Source of the DNA: Nitrospinales bacterium
Lineage (GTDB): Bacteria; Nitrospinota; Nitrospinia; Nitrospinales; JAJDAT01
DNA length: 23,462 bases
Direction: 5' to 3'
Assembly: GCA_046757665.1 (NCBI GenBank)
Contig: JBHHYO010000041.1
Span: forward strand, 1 to 23,462
Shown: in pieces, positions 1 through 8,203 of the stretch
Layout of the letters: each line of letters opens with the position of its first letter
Position numbering within the stretch: position 1 is the first letter of the stretch
Notes under the pieces: generated by a model
Database searches by the model: none
Told to the model about the DNA's origin: nothing
What the model saw: only the letters and a program-made list of their open reading frames with translations
Translations under genes and position numbers: made by a program

Positions 1-286
1 ATGAGAAACTGCCATCCTAACAACTTCCAACGAAGTTTGGGACAGTCTCTTTAAAAAAGCCCAAGGATTGAAAGTTTCCTCTCAAAAAGACTTTTATTCA
101 CAGGAGGAGGGGTAAATGTTATAATCTGGGTCGAATCCAAACAAAATTTTAGGTCTCAAAAGACGGTTTACTCAATCAAGGGTAAATTTCAAAGAATTTT
201 GATGCTCATATGGGAAATCTCGGGTACAATAAAGCCTGTTTTGGCTGACACTACTGAACCTTCTTTTTAATTTTGCGGAGGGAATC

Positions 287-2083
287 ATGAAACAGACAAA
301 CAAAACAAGCGCCGTGTTGCTTGGAGCGGGGTTGATCCTGCTTCTCGTCTTTACGTTCGCCGGACGGGCGGCGGCGCAAACGGCGCCGACACTTGCAAGC
401 GTCAATTTCTTCGGAGGAAGCGGCGACCAGGGCGGAGCCCACTGGGCTCGCGGGACCAGAATTGACATTAACAACGGCAACATCTTGCTGACGGGCACTA
501 TTCTGCCTATAAAAGGAAATGGCGGCAATGCCGCGATTGTCGTCAAATACGCGGCACCCACGACCTCGACCTCATCGCCGGTGTGGTCAGGGACCTGGCC
601 GTTGGGCAACCTTTTTGGAGTCACCTCAACCAATAACGCCATGTACGCTGGAGGCTGGAGTCATCCGAGTTCCGGCTTGACCATCGATAACGTCGGCGGC
701 CAGGAAGTCAAGAGTGTATTGGTGAAGTTTCCAACGAACGGTTTTACCGGGGCCGGCCCCGGCGGTTCCACATGGGTAGCGACGCCCAACCTGCGACTGC
801 CCAACTCGTCCGGTTTCTTTTCCTTCGCCGGTTGGGAAGAACACATAGGCCTCACTACGGCGGTGGAAGGCGGCAATACCTTTATTTACGCCATCGGCGG
901 GGGCCAACCCTGTAGCCACTTCGGCCAGATCATCGCCAAGTACGATACCCTGGGCAATCTCGTAGCCGCGGCCCCGGATACGGCGGCCGGACATGTTTTC
1001 AATAGCTGTTCCTTCCCAGCTGCTTCCAGTAGCAATGGAGCGGAGATAACGATCCTCAACGGCAACAACTACTCAGTCGGCGTTGCAGAAACAAGTGTGG
1101 ACGGCGCGGCCCCTACCATATGGAAGCGCGATCCGAACTTGAACCTGATCTGGAGGAAGCGAGACGCAAGCTTGAGTGGGGACTTTCTTGGAGTAACGGC
1201 GTCCGGAGGCGCTCTCTACGCCGTCGGCGTCACACGCGGAACACCACAAAACTACATCATCCAGAAATACGATGAGGCCGGCAACCAATTGTGGAGCACG
1301 GTATCCAGCGGGGCGGGAGACGATCTCCTCCTCGGCATCGTCGAGGTCGGCGGCCGCCTCTTTGCCGTGGGTCACACCAATAGCCAGGGCGCGGGGGGAA
1401 CGGATGTCATTATCCTGGAGGTCGACCCCAACAACGGCGCGATTTTGTCGCAGACTCTTTTTGGCGACGCCCAGGACGACAGGGCATTTGACGCGGCGAC
1501 CGATGGGACCGACCTGTATGTCGTGGGAGATTCCAGGAGCTTTGCCTCCGCCGACGGCAACGTGGTCGGACAAAGCGATTTGATGCTTCTGCGGTATACT
1601 CTCGGACCTTCCGCCCCATCCCTGGCAAACATCACTCTCGACATCACCAAGGCCAAGGTCAAGCTGGGCAAGAAGGCCGGCAAGGACAAGTTTGAGGTCA
1701 AGGGCAGTCTAACCTTGGACGCCGACAGCGACGGCATCGACATTCTCAACGAGGACGTCACCGTAACGCTGGACGGGTTCAGCGAAACCATCCCCGCCGG
1801 ATCGTTTTTCCAGAAGCACAACAAGTTCAAATTTCATAGCGGCTCCGCCTCCGGCATCAAGGAAATCGAAATCCGGAGCGACGGCCGGTTTAAGGTCGAG
1901 GCCAAGCGGCTGGACCTGGGGGCGATCGATTTCTCCGCGCCGGTGCCGTTCTCGTTGCAAATCGGCAACGACCTCGGCGAAACGGACCTTCTCCTCGACC
2001 ACAAAGGCAAGTTGAGCGAGCCTGAGGATGACGATGAGGATGAACATGAAGACGAGCATGAAGACGACGGAGATGACGATTAA
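287..2083 (+). CDS. Secreted beta-propeller-like (SBBP/beta-rich repeat) protein with a distinct C-terminal beta domain and an Asp/Glu/His tail
   Basis: GGAGGG SD before the ATG. Signal peptide ends in AAA-Q. Repeated K-Y-D-x-x-G-N-x-x-W and YAVG/YVVG blade-like motifs. Tail is PEDDDEDEHEDEHEDDGDDD. Confidence 0.75.
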   Translation: MKQTNKTSAVLLGAGLILLLVFTFAGRAAAQTAPTLASVNFFGGSGDQGGAHWARGTRIDINNGNILLTGTILPIKGNGGNAAIVVKYAAPTTSTSSPVWSGTWPLGNLFGVTSTNNAMYAGGWSHPSSGLTIDNVGGQEVKSVLVKFPTNGFTGAGPGGSTWVATPNLRLPNSSGFFSFAGWEEHIGLTTAVEGGNTFIYAIGGGQPCSHFGQIIAKYDTLGNLVAAAPDTAAGHVFNSCSFPAASSSNGAEITILNGNNYSVGVAETSVDGAAPTIWKRDPNLNLIWRKRDASLSGDFLGVTASGGALYAVGVTRGTPQNYIIQKYDEAGNQLWSTVSSGAGDDLLLGIVEVGGRLFAVGHTNSQGAGGTDVIILEVDPNNGAILSQTLFGDAQDDRAFDAATDGTDLYVVGDSRSFASADGNVVGQSDLMLLRYTLGPSAPSLANITLDITKAKVKLGKKAGKDKFEVKGSLTLDADSDGIDILNEDVTVTLDGFSETIPAGSFFQKHNKFKFHSGSASGIKEIEIRSDGRFKVEAKRLDLGAIDFSAPVPFSLQIGNDLGETDLLLDHKGKLSEPEDDDEDEHEDEHEDDGDDD

Positions 2084-2106
2084 GTCATCGCCGCGCCGTC
2101 TCATGG

Positions 2107-2132
2107 AGGGCGGCCCCTTCGGAGGCCGCCCT
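2107..2132. terminator. GC-rich hairpin between convergent genes, probable bidirectional terminator
   Basis: AGGGCGGCC/GGCCGCCCT stem capped by a C(UUCG)G tetraloop, lying between the stops at 2083 (+) and 2150 (-). Confidence 0.6.
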
Positions 2133-2149
2133 TGTGCCCTCCGCATTTC

Positions 2150-2929
2150 TTATTTTTTCGAAGACTTTTTTTCCCGGCGCGCCGGTTTTTTGGCAGGGTA
2201 AGTCACCTCGACGAGGCAGAGGCCGAGCGGCGGGGCGGTGGGGCCGGCGCGGATGCGGTCGCGGGAATCCAAGATATCCTTCACCTGTTTGGCGCTCATC
2301 CTGCCTCGACCCACTTCCACCAGGGTGCCGACCACGATCCGCACCATGTGTTTCAGAAAGCCACTGCCTTCCAGGGTCAGGTGAATGAAGTCGCCATCCT
2401 TCTTTAAATCAATCCGGAACAGCTCGCGCACCGCGTTGCGGTTGCTTGTGTTTGCGGCGCGGAACGCGGAGAAGTCATGCTCGCCAAGCAGATGCCTGGC
2501 GGCCCGCCGCATGGCGGCCAGGTTCAGGGCATGGGGAATGAACCAGACGCGGCCGCGGTGCAGGGCCGAGGGATAATCGCGGTTGAGGATGGTGTAGCGG
2601 TACCGCTTGCGCGCCGCCGACCGGCGGGCGTTGAAGTCCTCTGCCACTTCCTCCACCTGCCGGACGGTGATGTCGCCCGGCAAAAGGCTGTTCAAGGCTT
2701 TCAAAAACTGCCGCCCGGTCATGGCGGACGAGGTGGTGAAATGAGCCGTCTGCGCCTCGGCGTGCACTCCGGCGTCGGTTCTCCCGGAACCGACCACGGC
2801 CGTTTTTTTTCCGGTGATGGTGCGCAGGCGCTGTTCCAGGACTTCCTGAATGGTCGTGCCGTTGGGCTGGCGTTGCCAGCCGCTGTATGCGGAGCCGTCG
2901 TATTCAAGAACGATTTTGATTTTGCGCAT
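2150..2929 (-). CDS. truA: tRNA pseudouridine(38-40) synthase TruA
   Basis: Motifs LEYDGSAYSGWQRQ, GRTDAGVHA, G.HDFSAF, GFLKHMVR.IVG and GPTAPP.GL. ATG at 2929 has a GGAGG SD. Confidence 0.97.
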   Translation of the reverse strand: MRKIKIVLEYDGSAYSGWQRQPNGTTIQEVLEQRLRTITGKKTAVVGSGRTDAGVHAEAQTAHFTTSSAMTGRQFLKALNSLLPGDITVRQVEEVAEDFNARRSAARKRYRYTILNRDYPSALHRGRVWFIPHALNLAAMRRAARHLLGEHDFSAFRAANTSNRNAVRELFRIDLKKDGDFIHLTLEGSGFLKHMVRIVVGTLVEVGRGRMSAKQVKDILDSRDRIRAGPTAPPLGLCLVEVTYPAKKPARREKKSSKK

Positions 2930-3288
2930 CGACAGCCGCGCCTCCAGGCAAATAACAAAAAACGCGCTGGACCGATCCAACGCGCTTTTTCTCTTTTTTA
3001 CGGCCGCGGATATTCCGGCGGACCATTCATACTTCAGGTATGAATTTCAATGTGCTCATGGTACTGCAACTTCCTGGAAAGGTGGACTCAAGCTCCTATC
3101 AGCCTCCATGATTTGTTGATCCTGAGCTTTAATATATTCCTTCTTCGCAATTCCGCAAGTGGTGAACGGCATTTTTGCCGCATTTTTTTCGGCAAGGAAG
3201 TTAACCTTTCAATGAATCGTTTTTTCTTATATCATAAAACCAAGATAACGGACAATCGAACCAATTTTTTTCTGTGGAGTTTCCATCC

Positions 3289-4188
3289 ATGAAAACCTAT
3301 CAGGACCTGGCAACCGACGGGGGTTCCCAGATCATCGAGCAGGTCACGTATCAGTTAAACAAACTGCGAAAACGGCTGGACCGGATCAAGCACAAGGTGG
3401 CGTTGATGAGCGGCAAGGGCGGCGTGGGCAAAAGTTCCATCACCGCGAACATCGCCGCGTGCCTGGCGGACCGCGGACTGCGGGTGGGCATTCTCGACGC
3501 CGACCTCAACGGCCCCAGCATCGGCAGTCTGCTGGGCGTCGGCAACGACCGCAAACTGGCCGTCGACGAAAACGGCGTCAACGCCGGCGAGGGCGCCATG
3601 GGAATCAAAATCATGTCCATGGACATGCTCCTGCCCAACCCCGACTCGCCCGTCATGTGGACCCACGGAAGCGGCGAAACCGCGTCCTGGGTGAGCATGT
3701 TCGAATCGACGGCCCTGCGGGAACTGCTGGCCGACACCCATTGGGGCGACCTGGATTACCTGCTCCTCGACATGCCGCCGGGTAGCGACCGCATCGACAA
3801 CATCAAGGAGTTGATCCCGGAACTCGCCGGCGTGGTGGAGATCACCATTCCCGCGCAACTCTCCCAGCACATCGTTTCCAAGTCCATTTCCAAAAATAAC
3901 AAGATGCAGGTCCCCATCATCGGCCTGGTGGAAAATATGGCCTCCTACGTCTGCCCGCATTGCGACAAGGAAGGCCGACTGTTCGACGGCGGCGACGTCC
4001 GCGAACTGGCGCAACGCAAGGGCATCCCCCTGTTGGGCAGTATTCCCTTCGATTCCCGATTGTCGCAAAAAACGGATTCGCTGTTTTACGCCGAACACAA
4101 AGATTCCCTCGCCGGCAAGGCGATCGAATCGATTGCGGACAAAATCATCAATTTTGCTAATGAAAAATCCCAAAAGGAGAGTCAATGA
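3289..4188 (+). CDS. Mrp/ApbC/NBP35-family P-loop ATPase (Fe-S carrier), divergent paralog lacking DUF59
   Basis: Deviant Walker A SGKGGVGKS, DADLNGPS, W.DLDYLLLDMPPG and ENM...CPHC. GGAG SD before ATG 3289. Confidence 0.9.
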   Translation: MKTYQDLATDGGSQIIEQVTYQLNKLRKRLDRIKHKVALMSGKGGVGKSSITANIAACLADRGLRVGILDADLNGPSIGSLLGVGNDRKLAVDENGVNAGEGAMGIKIMSMDMLLPNPDSPVMWTHGSGETASWVSMFESTALRELLADTHWGDLDYLLLDMPPGSDRIDNIKELIPELAGVVEITIPAQLSQHIVSKSISKNNKMQVPIIGLVENMASYVCPHCDKEGRLFDGGDVRELAQRKGIPLLGSIPFDSRLSQKTDSLFYAEHKDSLAGKAIESIADKIINFANEKSQKESQ

Positions 4189-4619
4189 AATTCCTTTGTA
4201 TCCCTTGCGACGAGCAAATGAAAACGCAAACGGACGGCATCATGCCTTCCGACAGCAAAAACTTGGCGCTGAAGTTCAAGTGCGAAAAATGCGGCCACGA
4301 GATCGCCATGCTGACCAACCAGTTTGAAACCGAATTCGTCAGCAAGATCGGCGTGGAACTGGGGGGCCAGTCGGCGGAGGCCAAGGGGCCGTTCACCATG
4401 GTCGGCTCCAACCTGGACGAGGCCAAGGAAGAACTCGCCAAAAGCAAACCCAAGGACGAATTCGCCTGGACCGAGGAAGCGATGGAGCGGCTCAACCGCG
4501 TACCCTTCTTCGTCCGCAACATGGCGAAGAAAACCATCCTCGACTTCGCCCGCCAGAAAGGCGTCTCCCTCATCGACGCCAAGCTGATGGACGAAGTGCG
4601 GCAAAAGGTGGGGATGTAG
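4185..4619 (+). CDS. CxxC...CxxC protein with a C-terminal PCP_red (protochlorophyllide reductase B C-terminal-like) domain
   Basis: N-terminal CIPC and CEKC. C-terminal WTEEAMERLNRVPFFVRNMAKKTILDFARQKG matches the PCP_red pattern. ATGA overlap with the upstream ATPase and AAGGAG SD. Confidence 0.8.
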   Translation: MKFLCIPCDEQMKTQTDGIMPSDSKNLALKFKCEKCGHEIAMLTNQFETEFVSKIGVELGGQSAEAKGPFTMVGSNLDEAKEELAKSKPKDEFAWTEEAMERLNRVPFFVRNMAKKTILDFARQKGVSLIDAKLMDEVRQKVGM

Positions 4620-4644
4620 GGATCAGGCATGCCTGATCCCTACA
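4615..4644. repeat. Perfect 30-bp palindrome, GTAG-type REP-like element
   Basis: TGTAGGGATCAGGCATGCCTGATCCCTACA equals its own reverse complement and contains the upstream TAG stop codon. Confidence 0.8.
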
Positions 4645-4664
4645 AATAGGATGCCCGAAGGCCG

Positions 4665-4865
4665 ATGAAACAGAGTAAACTTCCCCCGGGCTGGGACCCG
4701 GAGCGCGTGAAACGGGCGCCGGCTCATTATGAATCGCAGTCCGAGGAAGAAGCGCTGGCCAAGGACGAGGCGGAACTCGAAGCGCCGGGCCAAACGGTCA
4801 TGCAAATCTCCACGGACCTCGTTCCAGCGGTCCGCGAACTCATCGCAAAGCACACAGCCGCATGA
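4665..4865 (+). CDS. Small conserved acidic protein, probable orphan antitoxin
   Basis: P.GWD.ERV...HYE.Q.EEEA.A.DEA...VP.VRELIA pattern, recalled from small TA-associated proteins. Sits next to other TA cassettes. Confidence 0.55.
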   Translation: MKQSKLPPGWDPERVKRAPAHYESQSEEEALAKDEAELEAPGQTVMQISTDLVPAVRELIAKHTAA

Positions 4866-4895
4866 AAGCGGCAAGCGGGGAGTGTCGAAATAGCT

Positions 4896-4938
4896 TCACA
4901 CTTCGACAAGCTCACACTTCGACAAGCTCAGTGTGACA
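4896..4938. repeat. REP-like CTTCGACAAGCTCAG element with a 16-bp tandem duplication
   Basis: TCACACTTCGACAAGC occurs twice in tandem, followed by TCAGTGTGACA. Same core as 6907-6962. Confidence 0.8.
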
Positions 4939-5010
4939 CAGAGGTATTTGCGTTGCCTTCGGTGCCGGCTTGCCCGAAGTGCTCCGGATGATAATGGGTC
5001 AATGGGAAGA

Positions 5011-5211
5011 TCACGGCGTGGATTGAAAGTCTACGTGCCGGGCGTCGGTTACGCGGCGGGAGGCGTCTAAAATTTCCATGGACACCAGGTCTCCCCGGTC
5101 GTCATAGTCCAGAATGACTCCCGGCTTGTCCTCGTCGCTTTCGGCCACCGCCGCCTTATCCTTTAAAATAAGGCTTAACGTATCGGTTTTGGAATCATAG
5201 GTGATTTTCAT
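5011..5211 (-). CDS. DUF2283-family putative antitoxin
   Basis: MKITYD...D.L and ESDE..PGVILDYD..G.LV.MEILDAS patterns. Overlaps the upstream DUF4258 gene. Confidence 0.85.
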   Translation of the reverse strand: MKITYDSKTDTLSLILKDKAAVAESDEDKPGVILDYDDRGDLVSMEILDASRRVTDARHVDFQSTP

Positions 5212-5482
5212 ACTCTTTTCCCCAGTATTTTGAAATTTTCCTTGTTCGATATGCCGTAACTACTTCCGGAGGGTCTCGATCCGTATCTACAAATACCCGG
5301 ATCAAGTACGCCTTTTGTGAAGGTGTCGTTCTGGATTGGAACACCATTCTGCCGGGTCGTATTTCAAATTTTTGCTCAGGCTTGGCTAAAACAGAATGAA
5401 CTGCTTTCTCGTCCAAGCCTCTTCGTTTTATCTGATATGCCACATGAGAAGTAATGACATATCTCGTTTTCCGCTCTTCCAT
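5195..5482 (-). CDS. DUF4258-family putative RelE-like toxin
   Basis: T.H...QIKRRG, L..P and IRVFVD.....VVTAY.T.KI.KYW patterns. DUF4258-DUF2283 is a typical pairing. Confidence 0.8.
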   Translation of the reverse strand: MEERKTRYVITSHVAYQIKRRGLDEKAVHSVLAKPEQKFEIRPGRMVFQSRTTPSQKAYLIRVFVDTDRDPPEVVTAYRTRKISKYWGKEYENHL

Positions 5483-5492
5483 AAGACGCTTT

Positions 5493-5522
5493 ATTGTAAC
5501 ACCAACCCGCCATGCACATCAA
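5493..5522 (-). promoter_or_regulatory. Putative sigma70 promoter of the DUF4258/DUF2283 pair (near-leaderless mRNA)
   Basis: On the minus strand, TTGATG-N18-TACAAT with an extended TGn. The -10 ends 10 nt before the ATG and no SD is present. Confidence 0.5.
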
Positions 5523-5538
5523 GAACGGCATTGAAGAA

Positions 5539-5553
5539 CCGAGCTTGTCGAGG
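5539..5553. repeat. Degenerate half copy of the GAGCTTGTCGAAG REP-like element
   Basis: CCGAGCTTGTCGAGG compared with CTGAGCTTGTCGAAG at 6914-6928. Confidence 0.5.
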
Positions 5554-5580
5554 TATCTTCCTTTGCCGATGCACTCCGGG

Positions 5581-5985
5581 CTAAGTCAGCGAGATTTTTC
5601 TTGAACGCAGGTACTCCGCCGGCGGCAGGACGCGGATACCCGCCATGGTTTTCCCGTACCAGGCCCCGAAGTGGGCGATGTCTCCGGTCAGCAGGTGAGT
5701 GGTCCCGCCGGAAATCGCATCCGCAAGGATCGGCATGTCCTTTGCCGGAAGTTTAATCCCCCGAGGCGGCGGGGCTTGCGTTGCCTCCACCACGGCCATT
5801 TTCCGAACCAGCTTTTCCAGATCGTTTATTTGTCGGGGCTTTTCAAGGTTTCGCAGAACTTCCGTCAAAACATAGGAGGAGGTCAGGAGCACGATGTTTT
5901 TGACTTTCCACAACCGGCGAAACTTTGAATCTCTACGCCAGGCGGTGGAAAAAAGAACGTTCGAGTCTAAAAACACCCGGTCCAC
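5581..5985 (-). CDS. PIN-domain (VapC-like) toxin
   Basis: RVFLDSNVL, E..RNL, KD.PIL..A and LLTGD..HFG acidic PIN motifs. Directly downstream of an AbrB-type gene. Confidence 0.9.
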   Translation of the reverse strand: MDRVFLDSNVLFSTAWRRDSKFRRLWKVKNIVLLTSSYVLTEVLRNLEKPRQINDLEKLVRKMAVVEATQAPPPRGIKLPAKDMPILADAISGGTTHLLTGDIAHFGAWYGKTMAGIRVLPPAEYLRSRKISLT

Positions 5986-5988
5986 GAG

Positions 5989-6285
5989 TCAGGTTTTGGT
6001 GCAATTGTAGTGGCGGATTTTATCGGGGTCGAGACCCATTTTGCGAACCTCCTTGGCCGCCGCGGCGTAGTCTTCCTTGTCTACGGCATTGGAAAGCAAA
6101 AACGTCGCTATGCGCTCCGGGGTGTAAACTTCGACGGGCAAGGTGCAGGCGGGGCGAATCAAAACGCCGTCTTCCGTCTCCTCGACGAGCACCTCGGCCC
6201 CTTCCTCAAGGCGGAACTGTTTGCGCAGGGCGGCGGGAATCACGAGGGTCCCTCGTTTGCCGATTTTTGTGGCCTTGGTGAACAT
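5989..6285 (-). CDS. AbrB/MazE/SpoVT-family antitoxin
   Basis: IGKRGTLVIPAALRKQFRLEEG..V.VE....GVLIRP. True start is probably ATG 6285 (GGAG SD), because the longer ORF runs into a repeat element. Confidence 0.9.
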   Translation of the reverse strand: MFTKATKIGKRGTLVIPAALRKQFRLEEGAEVLVEETEDGVLIRPACTLPVEVYTPERIATFLLSNAVDKEDYAAAAKEVRKMGLDPDKIRHYNCTKT

Positions 6286-6297
6286 GAGCGCAAAATC

Positions 6298-6356
6298 TCC
6301 GAATATCTGAATTTCCGATCTTCTGACATCATAGGATTCCGCGAGCGGGAAGTCAA
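6298..6356 (-). promoter_or_regulatory. sigma70 promoter plus a four-repeat putative operator of the AbrB/PIN operon
   Basis: Minus strand TTGACT(6356-6351)-N17-TATGAT(6333-6328). Four 8-bp-period units: TCCGAATA, TCTGAATT, TCCGATCT, TCTGACAT (6298-6329). Confidence 0.7.
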
Positions 6357-6387
6357 TCCGTGTGGTGGGGAGTGGCGGCTCAGCCGA

Positions 6388-6505
6388 CGAAACAATCCAG
6401 AAAGGACCCATTCCACCGGGCGTGGCCCGGCTGGATCGCCACGCCGCCGGTGGCGGCTCGCGACGACACCGGAGGAGCGAGGAATCTCGGTTATGCAAAG
6501 CTCTC
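6388..6505 (-). mobile_element. Partial MITE-like dispersed repeat, inverted copy of the ~15964-16086 segment
   Basis: Reverse complement reads GAGAGCTTTGCATAACCGAGATTC...TGTCGTCGCGAGCCGCCACCGGCGGCGTGGCGATCCAGCCGGGCCACGCCCGGTGGAATGG...TTTCTGGATTG, closely matching 15964-16086. Confidence 0.75.
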
Positions 6506-6528
6506 TTTGTGAAAATTCGGCGCTGTGT

Positions 6529-6867
6529 TTACGGCTTGCACTGCTTGCACTCGCAGAGTTCGCGCAACAACTGGTAGGTGTAGAGTCCGGTGCTGTGACC
6601 GTCGCTCCACTCGAACTGAATGGCGTAACGACCCACGGACTTGAGGTTCAGCGGCTTGATGGTGTCGGGGATGGAGCCCGGCGCGAGGCGTTTTTCGCCG
6701 GTCCATTCGTCAATGCAGTTGGCGCAGGGGCATTTTTCCCGCAACATTTTCACGGCATACACGGAATGGTGCCCGTCCACCCAGTCGATGCCCAGGGTCT
6801 TTTCATCGACTTGCCGGACTTTTTGCGGCAGGAGTCCGGTCTGGTTGTTTTGTGAATCGTCGTTCAT
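6529..6867 (-). CDS. DUF971 (GBBH-like N-terminal domain) protein, Cys-rich
   Basis: L.IDW.DGH.S.Y....LRE.CPCA.C and VGRYAIQFEWSDGHSTGLYTY..L, plus a C-terminal CECKQC. Start taken at ATG 6867 because the upstream ATG lies inside a repeat. Confidence 0.9.
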   Translation of the reverse strand: MNDDSQNNQTGLLPQKVRQVDEKTLGIDWVDGHHSVYAVKMLREKCPCANCIDEWTGEKRLAPGSIPDTIKPLNLKSVGRYAIQFEWSDGHSTGLYTYQLLRELCECKQCKP

Positions 6868-6906
6868 CGGTTTTTCATTGAAAGCGCCGTCACTGGGCTT
6901 GTCGTT

Positions 6907-6962
6907 TGTCTCCCTGAGCTTGTCGAAGGGTGACGCCATGCTTCGACAAGCTCAGCATGACA
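6907..6962. repeat. Inverted pair of REP-like elements
   Basis: TGTCTCCCTGAGCTTGTCGAAGGG-TGACGC-CATGCTTCGACAAGCTCAGCATGACA. CTGAGCTTGTCGAAG and CTTCGACAAGCTCAG are exact reverse complements. Confidence 0.85.
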
Positions 6963-6997
6963 ATTTGAGCCGAGGAAAATACAATCTGTTTTCCTTA

Positions 6998-8092
<1,095 letters not shown>

Positions 8093-8203
8093 GGTTTTTG
8101 GCTATCCTCTATAATTTACGTTAACTGTTGGATGCGTATTCGGCAAAAAGGATTTCAACCGGCAGAAGGAATTTTTAACTCCCGCAACCGTTAGTATAGC
8201 GGT

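Noticed and set aside
1-115. Protein-like frame ETAILTTSNEVWDSLFKKAQG...EEG* at the window start
   Set aside because: It is preceded by an in-frame TGA at 2-4 and has no start codon. Too short to identify without upstream sequence.
6286-6498. N-terminal extension of the AbrB ORF (169-aa version)
   Set aside because: The extension runs through the promoter and a repeat element. The domain and SD fit ATG 6285.
4615-6962. Integron cassette array or CRISPR array
   Set aside because: No integrase and no clear RYYYAAC...GTTRRRY attC pattern. The repeats are heterogeneous and irregularly spaced, and no cas genes are present.
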